A DNA stretch of 21,343 bases from positions 1 through 21,343 of the forward strand of contig CAKZKH010000189.1 in NCBI GenBank assembly GCA_937122485.1, read 5' to 3'. The notes under the pieces were generated by a model. It saw nothing but the letters and a program-made list of their open reading frames with translations. It did no database searches and was not told where the DNA came from. Positions 8,920 through 16,752 of the stretch are shown here, piece after piece. The stretch's first letter is position 1; each line of letters starts with the position of its first letter. The position numbers were made by a program, and so were the translations under genes. This stretch comes from an uncultured bacterium (GTDB lineage: Bacteria; Bipolaricaulota; Bipolaricaulia; Bipolaricaulales; Bipolaricaulaceae).

Positions 8920-9723
8920 ATGCGCGTGGGCTACGTGCAGTTTGGTCCAGCGTTTGGAGACAAGGAGCGCAACTTGGCCCGGGTGGGGGAATTCCTGGGC
9001 CGCGAACAGGCCGACCTCTGGGTCCTGCCCGAGCTTTTCTCTACCGGGTACCAGTTCGCCAGCCGCGAGGAACTGGCCGAACTTGCGGAGCCTGTGCCCA
9101 AGGGGCCGACAACCCAGCGGCTTGCGGCCCTGGCCCGGGAGCTGGGCTGCCACATCGTCGCGGGATTGGCCGAGCGCGCGGGCAAAGCCCTGTTCAACTC
9201 AGCGGTTCTGGTGGGGCCCCGAGGGTTTGTCACCGTGTACCGCAAGATCCACCTCTTCTACCGGGAGAGAGAGCTTTTCACAGCAGGCAACGTGCCGTTC
9301 ACCCCCGTGGAGGTCGCCGGGGCCAAGGTCGGTCTCCTGGTGTGCTACGACCACTTTTTCCCCGAGGCCGCGCGGAGTCTGGCCCTGGCCGGGGCGGAAG
9401 TTTTGGCCCACCCAGCCAACCTGGTCATGCCCGGCCTGGGGCAGATGACCATGCGCGTGCGGGCGTTGGAAAACCGGGTGTTCGCCGTCACCGCCAACCG
9501 CGTGGGGGAGGAGAACCGCACCGGAGAACCCCTGCGGTTCACCGGCCTTTCCCAGATCGTCTCTCCCAAAGGCGAGGTCCTCGTTTCCTCTGGCGAGCAG
9601 GGCGAGGAAGCCCGGGTAGTGGAGATCGAGCCTTCCTTGGCCCGGAACAAGAGGATCAACGCCCTCAACGATTTGTTTTCCGACCGCCGCCCAGAGTTCT
9701 ACCAGGCCCTGACCCGGCCGTAA
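8920..9723 (+). CDS. Carbon-nitrogen hydrolase (nitrilase superfamily), 267 aa.
   Basis: Catalytic triad context: Glu in WVLPELF, Lys in VYRKIHLF, Cys in GLLVCYDHFFPE. The start is at the internal ATG 8920, because the in-frame upstream ORF 8182-8919 lies antisense to the flotillin gene. Confidence 0.85.
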   Translation: MRVGYVQFGPAFGDKERNLARVGEFLGREQADLWVLPELFSTGYQFASREELAELAEPVPKGPTTQRLAALARELGCHIVAGLAERAGKALFNSAVLVGPRGFVTVYRKIHLFYRERELFTAGNVPFTPVEVAGAKVGLLVCYDHFFPEAARSLALAGAEVLAHPANLVMPGLGQMTMRVRALENRVFAVTANRVGEENRTGEPLRFTGLSQIVSPKGEVLVSSGEQGEEARVVEIEPSLARNKRINALNDLFSDRRPEFYQALTRP

Positions 9724-10015
9724 CAGGCCTCCGCGCGGGCCGGCTTGGCCGCCTGCTCCAGCAGGCGCTTGGTCAGCTCGGCGAACACGATCTGCCGGTC
9801 GGTGACCACAATGTCCTAGACCTTGGACGAGAACAGACCTGTCTTGCCCCGAACCCCTGCAATCAACCCCGGAGCCTCTCCTCTTGTTGGGTCACCGGAC
9901 ACCTCCCCCGCGGGGGTATCCCCGCCGAAGCCCTGCCCGGCCAGCGGCCAAACACCCTGGGGCGTGGCCTTCTGGGTCGCACCACCTGGGCCGCCCTCTG
10001 GAGTAGGATCGTGCC

Positions 10016-10795
10016 ATGCTGAAGGTGGCCACCTTCAACTGCAATTCCGTGCGCAGCCGGCTGCCCCTGATCCTGGACTGGCTCAAGCGGGAGTCCCCCG
10101 ACGTCCTCTGCCTCCAGGAGACCAAGGTTCAGGACGAGGAGTTCCCGGCCTTGGAGTTCCAGACCGTTGGCTACCACGTGGTGTTTCGCGGGCAGAAGGC
10201 CCACGCCGGTGTGGCCCTGGCCACCCGGTCCAAGCCCAAGAACGTGCGCTACGGACTCGACGACGGGGGTCCAGCCGACGAGCCGCGGCTCGTGCAAGCC
10301 ACAGTGGAAGGAATCCCCATTGTCAACACCTACGTTCCCCAGGGGCAATCCCTGGACTCCCCCATGTTCCAGTACAAACTGGAGTGGTTCGCGCGCCTCC
10401 GGACCTATTTCGACCGCTACTTTGCCCCGGACAAGCCGTTGCTGTGGTGTGGGGATTTCAACGTGGCCCCCGAGGAGATTGACGTGCACAGCCCGGAAAA
10501 GCTCAAGGACCACGTGGATTTTCATCCCCAGGCGCGGGCGGCCTTAGACCAGGTGCGCCGCTGGGGGTTTGTGGACGTGTTTCGTCTCTTCCATCCCGGG
10601 GAACCGGGCCACTACACGTTTTGGGACTACCGAGTGCCCCAAGCGGTGGAGCGCAACGTGGGTTGGCGGGTGGACCACATCTGGACCACGAAGCCCTTGG
10701 CCGCGCGGGCGCTGCGTTGTTGGATCGATCGGGAGGCGCGCCGAACGGCCAAGCCCTCCGACCACACCTTCCTTGTGGCGGAGTTCTCTCCCTAG
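10016..10795 (+). CDS. xth: Exodeoxyribonuclease III (AP endonuclease), 259 aa.
   Basis: Family hallmarks: MLKVATFNCNSVRSRL, LCLQETK, WCGDFNVAPEEIDV and SDHTFLVAEF. SD GGAGTAGGA precedes ATG 10016. Confidence 0.9.
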   Translation: MLKVATFNCNSVRSRLPLILDWLKRESPDVLCLQETKVQDEEFPALEFQTVGYHVVFRGQKAHAGVALATRSKPKNVRYGLDDGGPADEPRLVQATVEGIPIVNTYVPQGQSLDSPMFQYKLEWFARLRTYFDRYFAPDKPLLWCGDFNVAPEEIDVHSPEKLKDHVDFHPQARAALDQVRRWGFVDVFRLFHPGEPGHYTFWDYRVPQAVERNVGWRVDHIWTTKPLAARALRCWIDREARRTAKPSDHTFLVAEFSP

Positions 10796-10821
10796 AAAAA
10801 AGGCTGCCCGGATGGGCAGCC
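10796..10821 (-). terminator. Intrinsic terminator hairpin GGCTGCCC-ggat-GGGCAGCC. Minus-strand transcripts would see six U after it. Plus-strand transcripts see a 6-A tract before it, so it may also stop xth transcription.
   Basis: Perfect 8-bp GC-rich stem (10802-10809 / 10814-10821) with a 4-nt loop, flanked by A6 at 10796-10801. It lies 15 nt downstream of the minus-strand small ORF stop. Confidence 0.6.
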
Positions 10822-10835
10822 ACGCAGGCCGTCGT

Positions 10836-10898
10836 TCACTTCTTCCGCTTCAAAAGCAACCCAAGCTTGGCCTGCATCCACTCCCTTAGCCGCTTCAT
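10836..10898 (-). CDS. Candidate small protein of 20 aa, MKRLREWMQAKLGLLLKRKK, basic and amphipathic.
   Basis: The minus strand reads AGGGAGGTGAcgATGAAGCGG...AAGAAGTGA. SD GGAGGTGA lies 2 nt before ATG 10898-10896, the stop TGA is at 10838-10836, and a hairpin plus U6 terminator follows 15 nt later. It sits in an otherwise unassigned 275-bp gap between xth and ddl. Confidence 0.5.
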   Translation of the reverse strand: MKRLREWMQAKLGLLLKRKK

Positions 10899-11070
10899 CG
10901 TCACCTCCCTGTATGCACCCCACCCTCTGCACCCCAGACAAGACTTTTCACTGGTCCGATTCTGCACTGGGCCGGTGCTGTTCGACCCCGCGGGGGGAGC
11001 GCACCTTTGCCTCGCCGGCCCGAGACATTTCCCCTTGCTCGTCTCCCACCGGGCGGGGAACCTCTGCACC

Positions 11071-12024
11071 GTGAACCAGGTACGTGTGGGCGTTCTTTGC
11101 GGAGGAACTTCGGCAGAACGGGAGGTTTCGCTGCGGTCAGGGCGGGGCGTGCATCGGGCCTTGCGCGCCAAGGGCTGGGACGCCGAGCTCATCGAGATCG
11201 ACACCTTCGATGGTCTGCCCCAGCGCCTCAGACCCTACCCCGTGGTGTTCAACATCCTCCACGGTGGACCTGGCGAAGACGGCACGGTACAGCTGCTTTT
11301 GGACCTTATGGGCAAGGCCTACGTGGGCTCTGGGCCCCTGGCCTCGGCCCTGGCCATGGACAAGGTGGAGTCGCGAAAGCTGTTCTCCGGCAAGGACCTT
11401 CCCGTACCCTCCTGGCTTGTTCACAGCGCGGGGGACCTCGACGCTTTCTTGGCACGGGCCGAGGGGCTGGGGTTCCCCTTGGTGCTCAAACCCCGGCGGG
11501 AGGGCTCGAGCGTGGGCCTCCATGTCGTGGAAAGCGCGGAGAGGCTGAAAGCGGCTGCCTGCGAGCTGAAGGCCCAGTTCGGGGAGTTCCTCGTGGAAGC
11601 GTACATCCCCGGCCGGGAGCTCACCGTGGGGGTCCTGGAGCGCCAAACACAGCCCGAGGCACTGCCCATCGTGGAGCTGCGACCCAAGGGCAGGGAAGTG
11701 TTCGACTGGAAGGCCAAATACACCCCGGGCGAGTGCGAGTTTCTCTGTCCCGCCCCGCTTTCCCCGGAGGAGTCCGCCCGAGTCCAGGAAGTGGCGCTGC
11801 AAGCCCACAAGCTCCTGGGCTGCCGAGATTTTTCCCGGGCGGACATCCGCCTGGACCCCCACGGCACACCCTACATCCTGGAGGTGAACACGCTTCCCGG
11901 GATGACGGAGATGTCCACCTTGCCCCGGGCCGCCCAAGCGGCCGGTCTCTCCTACGAAGATCTCGTGGACGGCCTAGTTCGCCGAGCCCTGGCCCGCTTG
12001 GCGTCCACCCCCGCTGTGGGTTAG
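11071..12024 (+). CDS. ddl: D-alanine--D-alanine ligase, about 317 aa. GTG 11071 is the preferred start, with GTG 11086 as an alternative.
   Basis: RVGVLCGGTSAEREVSLRSG matches the Ddl N-terminus. ATP-grasp motifs include LHGGPGEDGTVQ, GFPLVLKPRREGSSVGL and EVNTLPGMTEMS. GGGCGGGGAA lies 10 nt upstream of GTG 11071. There is no in-frame ATG between the preceding stop and the conserved N-terminus. Confidence 0.8.
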   Translation: MNQVRVGVLCGGTSAEREVSLRSGRGVHRALRAKGWDAELIEIDTFDGLPQRLRPYPVVFNILHGGPGEDGTVQLLLDLMGKAYVGSGPLASALAMDKVESRKLFSGKDLPVPSWLVHSAGDLDAFLARAEGLGFPLVLKPRREGSSVGLHVVESAERLKAAACELKAQFGEFLVEAYIPGRELTVGVLERQTQPEALPIVELRPKGREVFDWKAKYTPGECEFLCPAPLSPEESARVQEVALQAHKLLGCRDFSRADIRLDPHGTPYILEVNTLPGMTEMSTLPRAAQAAGLSYEDLVDGLVRRALARLASTPAVG

Positions 12025-12079
12025 AGTAGGGCCGAGTCCTCGTGCTAAGCGTTGGCTTTGTTGGGGAAGGAGGTCGGCT

Positions 12080-12727
12080 GTGAAACTCAACTGGATTGGG
12101 CATGCCTGTTTTTTGGTTGAATCCAAAGACGGCACGGCCATCGTGACCGATCCGTACGGGGAGAACGTCCCCTACAAGGCCCCGGAGGGACCGGCCCACG
12201 TGGTGACCGTGTCCCACGAACACTTTGACCACAACGCCGTGGGCCGGGTCAAGGGCTCCCCCCAGGTGCTGCGGGGCGTGGGCGAGTGGAACGTGCGAGG
12301 AATCCCGTTCCGGGGCATCGCCGCGTACCACGACACCAAGGGCGGCCGGGAACGCGGCCAAGACGTGATTTTCAAGTTCACAGTGGACGGCGTGACCTTG
12401 GCCCACTTCGGCGACCTCGGCCACACCCTCAACGCCGAGCAGCTCAAGTTCCTGCAGGACGTGGAGGTGGCCCTCCTCCCCGTGGGAGGGTACTACACGG
12501 TGGGCCCCAAGGAGGCGGTGGAAATCATCAAGTCCCTCCCCAAAGTGAAAGTGGTTGTCCCCATGCACTTCCGCACCCAGGTGGTCAAAGACTGGCCCAT
12601 TCGCCCGGTGGAGGAGTTCCTCCAGGAGGCCGCTCTCCCCACCAAGAACCTGGGCCAGGGCCCCGTGGAAATCACTCCAGGAAAGCTCCCCACCACAAAG
12701 GAGGTGTGGGTTCTCGACTATGCCTAA
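12080..12727 (+). CDS. MBL-fold metal-dependent hydrolase (UPF0173-like), 215 aa.
   Basis: MKLNWIGHACFLV...VSHEHFDHN is the characteristic pattern. RBS GGAAGGAGG lies 6 nt upstream of the GTG start. Confidence 0.8.
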   Translation: MKLNWIGHACFLVESKDGTAIVTDPYGENVPYKAPEGPAHVVTVSHEHFDHNAVGRVKGSPQVLRGVGEWNVRGIPFRGIAAYHDTKGGRERGQDVIFKFTVDGVTLAHFGDLGHTLNAEQLKFLQDVEVALLPVGGYYTVGPKEAVEIIKSLPKVKVVVPMHFRTQVVKDWPIRPVEEFLQEAALPTKNLGQGPVEITPGKLPTTKEVWVLDYA

Positions 12728-13934
12728 ACCGTCCGCGCGAAGTCAAGCGGCTCCCGCTTCCCCCATCCGCCGCCTCTACCCCCTGGCCGTGGAGGCCAAC
12801 AAGCGGGGCAAGAAGGTGTATCACCTCAACATCGGCCAGCCCGACATCCCCACCCCCCAGGCGTTCATGCAAGGCGTGCGCCAAGCCCGCATCGAGGTCT
12901 TGGACTACGCTCCTTCCCCGGGCATCTCCGAGGCTGTGGAGGCCATGGTCCGCTACTACGCCGATCATGGGCTGCAGGTGGCCAAAGAGGAGATCCTCAT
13001 CACCATTGGGGGTTCGGAGGGCATTACCTTCGCCCTCAGCATCGCCTGCGATCCCGGGGACCACGTGCTCGTCCCTGAGCCGTTCTACCCCAATTACCTC
13101 GGGTACGCCCGGCTCACCAACGTGGAAATCACCCCCATCACCACCCACCGCAAGGACGGGTTCCACCTTCCCCCCAGGCAGGAAATCGAGGGTCTGATCA
13201 CACCCCGTACCAAGGCCATCCTGTTCTCCCACCCCGGGAACCCCACCGGGGTGGTGTACACCCCCGCCGAGCTGGAGATGCTCGTCGCCTTGGCCCTCAA
13301 GCACGACTTGTTCATCATCTCCGACGAGGTGTACCGGGAGTTCGTGTACGACGGGGTGCACAAGAGCTTGCTCTCCTTCCCGGAGGTGCGGGACCGCGTC
13401 ATTTTGGTGGACTCCATTTCCAAGAGGCTTTCGGCCTGCGGGGCCCGGGTGGGAGCCCTGGTGTCCCACAACAAAGAGGTGATGGCGGCGGCCCTCAAGT
13501 GCGCCACGATCCGCCTCTCGGCCCCTACGTTTGAGCAGCTGGGCTTGGTGGCGTTCATGGCCGACCCCAACCACAAGAAGGTGGTGGAGGAGATGATCGG
13601 GGAGTACAAGGTGCGCCGGGACCTGTTCTGCCGGGAGCTCCTAGCCATCCCCGGCGTGACCTTCCGCGTCCCCGAGGGGGCGTTCTACGTGATGATGGGC
13701 CTTCCTGTGGACGACGCCGAGGCCTTCATCCGCTGGATGCTCACGGACTACCCAGGACCGGAGACGGTGATGCTAGCTCCGGGAGCGGGCTTCTACCGCA
13801 CAGAAGGGTGCGGCAAGGACGAGGCCCGGGCGGCCTACGTGCTCAAGACCGAGGACCTCAAGCGGGCTTGTTCCGTTCTCGCCGAAGGTCTCAGGCTCTA
13901 CGCTCGAGCCGCCGCCCCGGCCGGGAGGGGTTAG
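12720..13934 (+). CDS. PLP-dependent aminotransferase, class I/II (aspartate/aromatic aminotransferase-like), 404 aa.
   Basis: KKVYHLNIGQPD and SISKRLSACGARVG (a PLP-lysine motif of the SxSK type) place it in the AAT fold. The start was set at ATG 12720 (MPKPSARSQ), overlapping the preceding gene by 8 nt. Confidence 0.85.
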   Translation: MPKPSARSQAAPASPIRRLYPLAVEANKRGKKVYHLNIGQPDIPTPQAFMQGVRQARIEVLDYAPSPGISEAVEAMVRYYADHGLQVAKEEILITIGGSEGITFALSIACDPGDHVLVPEPFYPNYLGYARLTNVEITPITTHRKDGFHLPPRQEIEGLITPRTKAILFSHPGNPTGVVYTPAELEMLVALALKHDLFIISDEVYREFVYDGVHKSLLSFPEVRDRVILVDSISKRLSACGARVGALVSHNKEVMAAALKCATIRLSAPTFEQLGLVAFMADPNHKKVVEEMIGEYKVRRDLFCRELLAIPGVTFRVPEGAFYVMMGLPVDDAEAFIRWMLTDYPGPETVMLAPGAGFYRTEGCGKDEARAAYVLKTEDLKRACSVLAEGLRLYARAAAPAGRG

Positions 13935-13949
13935 ACGGACAAGGAGCGC

Positions 13950-14798
13950 TTGGACCTCCTTGTGGTGGCCCGGGGTCTCACGCCATCCCGGACCCAGGCC
14001 CAAGCCCTCATCCGCGCCGGCCGCATCCTCGTGGACGGCCGGGTGGTGGACAAACCCGGGACCCCTGTCCCCCCCACGGCGGAGCTGAAGGTTGTGGAGC
14101 CGCCGCGGTACGTGTCCCGGGGCGGGGAGAAACTCGAGGCCGCCCTGCGGGCCTTCGCCGTGAGCCCCGTGGGCAAAGTCTGTCTGGACGTGGGCGCTTC
14201 CACCGGCGGCTTCACCGACTGCCTCCTCCAGCACGGGGCGGCCAAAGTCTATGCCCTCGATGTGGGCCGGGGTCAATTGGATTGGAAACTCCGTGAAGAT
14301 TCCCGGGTCGTGGTGCTCGAAGGCCGCAACGCCCGCTTCCTCACCCCCCAGGCCCTGGGCGAACTTGTGGACCTCGTCACCGTGGATGTGTCGTTCATCT
14401 CCCTGCGGCTGGTCCTTCCCCCCCTTGAAGGGATTGTCCAACCCCAAGGGGACGTGGTCGCTTTGGTCAAGCCCCAGTTCGAGGCCGGCCGGGACAAGGT
14501 GCGCAAGGGCGTGGTGAGCGACCCCAGGGTGCACCGGGAAGTGCTCGAGGGGTTGGTGGATTTTGTCCTAACGGAACTGGGCTGGTCCGTGCTCGGGGCC
14601 GTGCCCTCGCCGCTTCTCGGTCCAGCCGGCAACAAAGAGTTCTTCGTCCACTTGGGGCCCCGGCCGGGAGAAAGCGTGGAACTTCAGTGGAGCCAGTTGG
14701 GGATCGGAGAGGGTTCAGAGGAGAAGAGCACCGGCGAGGGCCACAGCCCCCAAGAGAACAGCACTGGGGGCCAGCAGCCGCCGCCAGGTCGCCAATAG
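13950..14798 (+). CDS. tlyA: TlyA-family 16S/23S rRNA (cytidine-2'-O)-methyltransferase (hemolysin A-like), with a TTG start and a low-complexity C-terminal tail.
   Basis: An S4 domain (LDLLVVARGLTPSRTQAQALIRAGRILVDGRVVDKPG) is followed by an FtsJ-like MTase (LDVGASTGGFTDCLLQHGAAKVYALDVG). AAGGAG lies 6 nt upstream of TTG 13950. Confidence 0.8.
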   Translation: MDLLVVARGLTPSRTQAQALIRAGRILVDGRVVDKPGTPVPPTAELKVVEPPRYVSRGGEKLEAALRAFAVSPVGKVCLDVGASTGGFTDCLLQHGAAKVYALDVGRGQLDWKLREDSRVVVLEGRNARFLTPQALGELVDLVTVDVSFISLRLVLPPLEGIVQPQGDVVALVKPQFEAGRDKVRKGVVSDPRVHREVLEGLVDFVLTELGWSVLGAVPSPLLGPAGNKEFFVHLGPRPGESVELQWSQLGIGEGSEEKSTGEGHSPQENSTGGQQPPPGRQ

Positions 14799-15890
14799 GC
14801 TCGCCCCCGCGTACTCCGCAGAAACGGTCAAACAGGGGTGCAAGGGGGAAAGTAAGTACCCCAAGTACGTGGCCTGGTACAGCACCGAGAAGCCCCACAA
14901 GCTGATAGAGCCCTTGGCGGCAAGGTAGATGGGCAAAACCACGGACACCGCGGCCTGCTGCCTTCCTGTGGCCAGGCCCATCAGGAGCCCCAAGCCCAAG
15001 ACCACGCCCAGGACCGGAAGGTCCAGACGGGCCAACAGCCCGGGCAGCCCCGAGGCCTGGAATACCCCCAGGTACAGAAACATGCCCACCAAGATGAGGG
15101 AAAACCGCCAGGGTGCTCCCTTCCAAACCAGCTGGGGCACCTCCCGCCAGGACACGCCCCCCACCACGGCCAGCCCGAAGCTTGCACTCAAGGCGATCAG
15201 CGTAGCGAGCTCAGGCACCGGGAGCGCCACCAACCGCTTGAGGGCGTAGTCCAGTCCGGGAGCCAAGAGGAGCACCGCGAAGGGGAAAACGAACCGCCAG
15301 CGGGAGCCAGCGTTCAAAGCCGGCTTGGGACCCCGAAACGGAGCGAGGAGGAACGCCGCGCCCAGCCCCATGGCCAGGGCGGCCCAGGGGATCTGGTAGG
15401 GAAGCACGGTCCACACGTCCTGGCCGGCCAGCTTGGCTCCCGCAATCAGGGCCGTGGACATGGGGTAGAAGAACAGAAGCACGTGGCGGAACCACACGTT
15501 GGCCGCAGCCCGCTCCTCGGGCTTTCCTCCACCCACCCGCTCCAGAATGGGGGCGGAAAGGAGGGCCCCTCCGGGAATGGGCAAGAGCCCAAACACCGCC
15601 GGAGTGAGGGCAAAGGCCGTGCGCCTGCCTCCAGGCAGCTGGGCCACCAACGGCTCCATCCACCCACCCCGCTCCAGGGCCGCCCCAATGAGGGGAATGA
15701 GCCCCACGGCCGCGGCCAGGGCCAAAACCCCAGGATCGGCCAAGGCCTGCACCATGACGCCGGGCAGCGTCCCCAAGGGAACAGCCAACAGCCCAAGCAC
15801 GAGGGAGCCCAAGGCCATGGCCCCCCACAGGCTCCACCGGGCCAGGCCCAGAAGAACCCCAAGCGACAGTGCAAACCCGATCCAAACCAT
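14715..15890 (-). CDS. DUF401-family polytopic membrane protein, 391 aa.
   Basis: About ten predicted TM helices, rich in Gly/Ala/Leu. GATAAT lies 12 nt upstream of ATG 15890, so the transcript may be leaderless. The 3' end overlaps the tlyA 3' end by 84 nt in convergent orientation. Confidence 0.75.
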   Translation of the reverse strand: MVWIGFALSLGVLLGLARWSLWGAMALGSLVLGLLAVPLGTLPGVMVQALADPGVLALAAAVGLIPLIGAALERGGWMEPLVAQLPGGRRTAFALTPAVFGLLPIPGGALLSAPILERVGGGKPEERAAANVWFRHVLLFFYPMSTALIAGAKLAGQDVWTVLPYQIPWAALAMGLGAAFLLAPFRGPKPALNAGSRWRFVFPFAVLLLAPGLDYALKRLVALPVPELATLIALSASFGLAVVGGVSWREVPQLVWKGAPWRFSLILVGMFLYLGVFQASGLPGLLARLDLPVLGVVLGLGLLMGLATGRQQAAVSVVLPIYLAAKGSISLWGFSVLYQATYLGYLLSPLHPCLTVSAEYAGASLLATWRRLLAPSAVLLGAVALAGALLL

Positions 15891-15910
15891 GGGAAGGCGG
15901 GATTATCCCC

Positions 15911-15940
15911 AAAAAGGCGGGCCGCGCGATCCGGCCCGCC
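15911..15940 (-). terminator. Intrinsic terminator after the LolA-like gene: GGCGGGCCG-gatcgcg-CGGCCCGCC followed by UUUUU on the minus strand.
   Basis: On the minus strand it reads GGCGGGCCGGATCGCGCGGCCCGCCTTTTTGGGG. The 9-bp perfect stem sits 21 nt after the stop at 15961-15963. Confidence 0.65.
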
Positions 15941-15960
15941 TCCGTGCCCGTTCGGCAAGC

Positions 15961-16752
15961 CTACAGCTTCAGTTTCGCCAGGTTCTCGGGAACAAAGTAC
16001 GCGTCCGGGATGTCCGCGGCTGACCTCTCGCTCAGGCCAATCGTCGCCTTGGCCCCCTTCACCACGTCTTCCATCACCAACCGCGCCGGACGCAGCCCCA
16101 ACGCATCGCGCACCAGCTCGGGCACCGTCAAAACCCGGGTCAGCTTGCCAGTTCGGTCGAAGAACTCCACCCGCAGGACGATGAACTCCCCTTGGTACAC
16201 CCACAGGTTCAGCCGTGCCCAGTCGGCCTTGGGGTCCGTGGCCGTAAGCACAAGCTTCCAGACCCGCACCCCCTGCAAGGTTTCCTCACCGGTAAGCTCG
16301 GCCCTGTACCCCTGCCGGTAGGTGAACCCCCGGGCCACGTCCTCGTACGTGAAACCACTGCCTGCGATGAACTCCCCTTTCCGCTCGGTCTCCCCCACCA
16401 GTTCCTTGAGGATCTCCAGATCGGGGAGCCACAGCCAAATCCGGGAAGGCCCTCCTTGGGGGAGGTGGGCCAGGAACAGGGTGCCGGAAACTTCCTCAGG
16501 GAGGACGTAAAGGAGGAGGGTCTTGGCGCTCCCGTCGGGGTACCCCTTGGCCCAAACCCGGAAGGCGAAATCACGCGGGGCCTGGCGGGGCTCCTCCACC
16601 CGGACCTCGAGGGCCAGGTACATGCTCCCCTTTCCCGTTCCCAAGAAGCTCTGCTCTTCCACCCTCTCCAGGATTTGATCGGCCGTGAGGGCCTGGGCCA
16701 TCGCCACGGCCGCCCCAACCGCCACCGCCATCGCCAAAACAACGCTCTTCAT
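15961..16752 (-). CDS. Outer-membrane lipoprotein-sorting (LolA-like) protein, 263 aa, of the type usually partnered with MMPL/RND exporters.
   Basis: Signal peptide MKSVVLAMAVAVGAAVAMAQA. The beta-rich sequence resembles LolA-like proteins encoded next to MMPL genes. The start overlaps the MMPL stop (ATGA). Confidence 0.7.
   Translation of the reverse strand: MKSVVLAMAVAVGAAVAMAQALTADQILERVEEQSFLGTGKGSMYLALEVRVEEPRQAPRDFAFRVWAKGYPDGSAKTLLLYVLPEEVSGTLFLAHLPQGGPSRIWLWLPDLEILKELVGETERKGEFIAGSGFTYEDVARGFTYRQGYRAELTGEETLQGVRVWKLVLTATDPKADWARLNLWVYQGEFIVLRVEFFDRTGKLTRVLTVPELVRDALGLRPARLVMEDVVKGAKATIGLSERSAADIPDAYFVPENLAKLKL

Noticed and set aside
6858-8921. 687-aa minus-strand ORF antisense to the flotillin gene.
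   Set aside because: Its translation is low-complexity and rich in Gly/His/Leu/Pro, with no recognisable domain. It fully overlaps a well-supported SPFH gene. Long antisense ORFs are expected in 68% GC DNA because stop codons are rare.
10621-11070. N-terminal extension of the ddl ORF (467-aa reading) and the 122-aa minus-strand ORF 10836-11204.
   Set aside because: The ddl extension overlaps xth and lacks Ddl homology. The 122-aa minus-strand ORF is open only because of GC richness. Only its last 20 codons have start signals, and these are reported as the small ORF.
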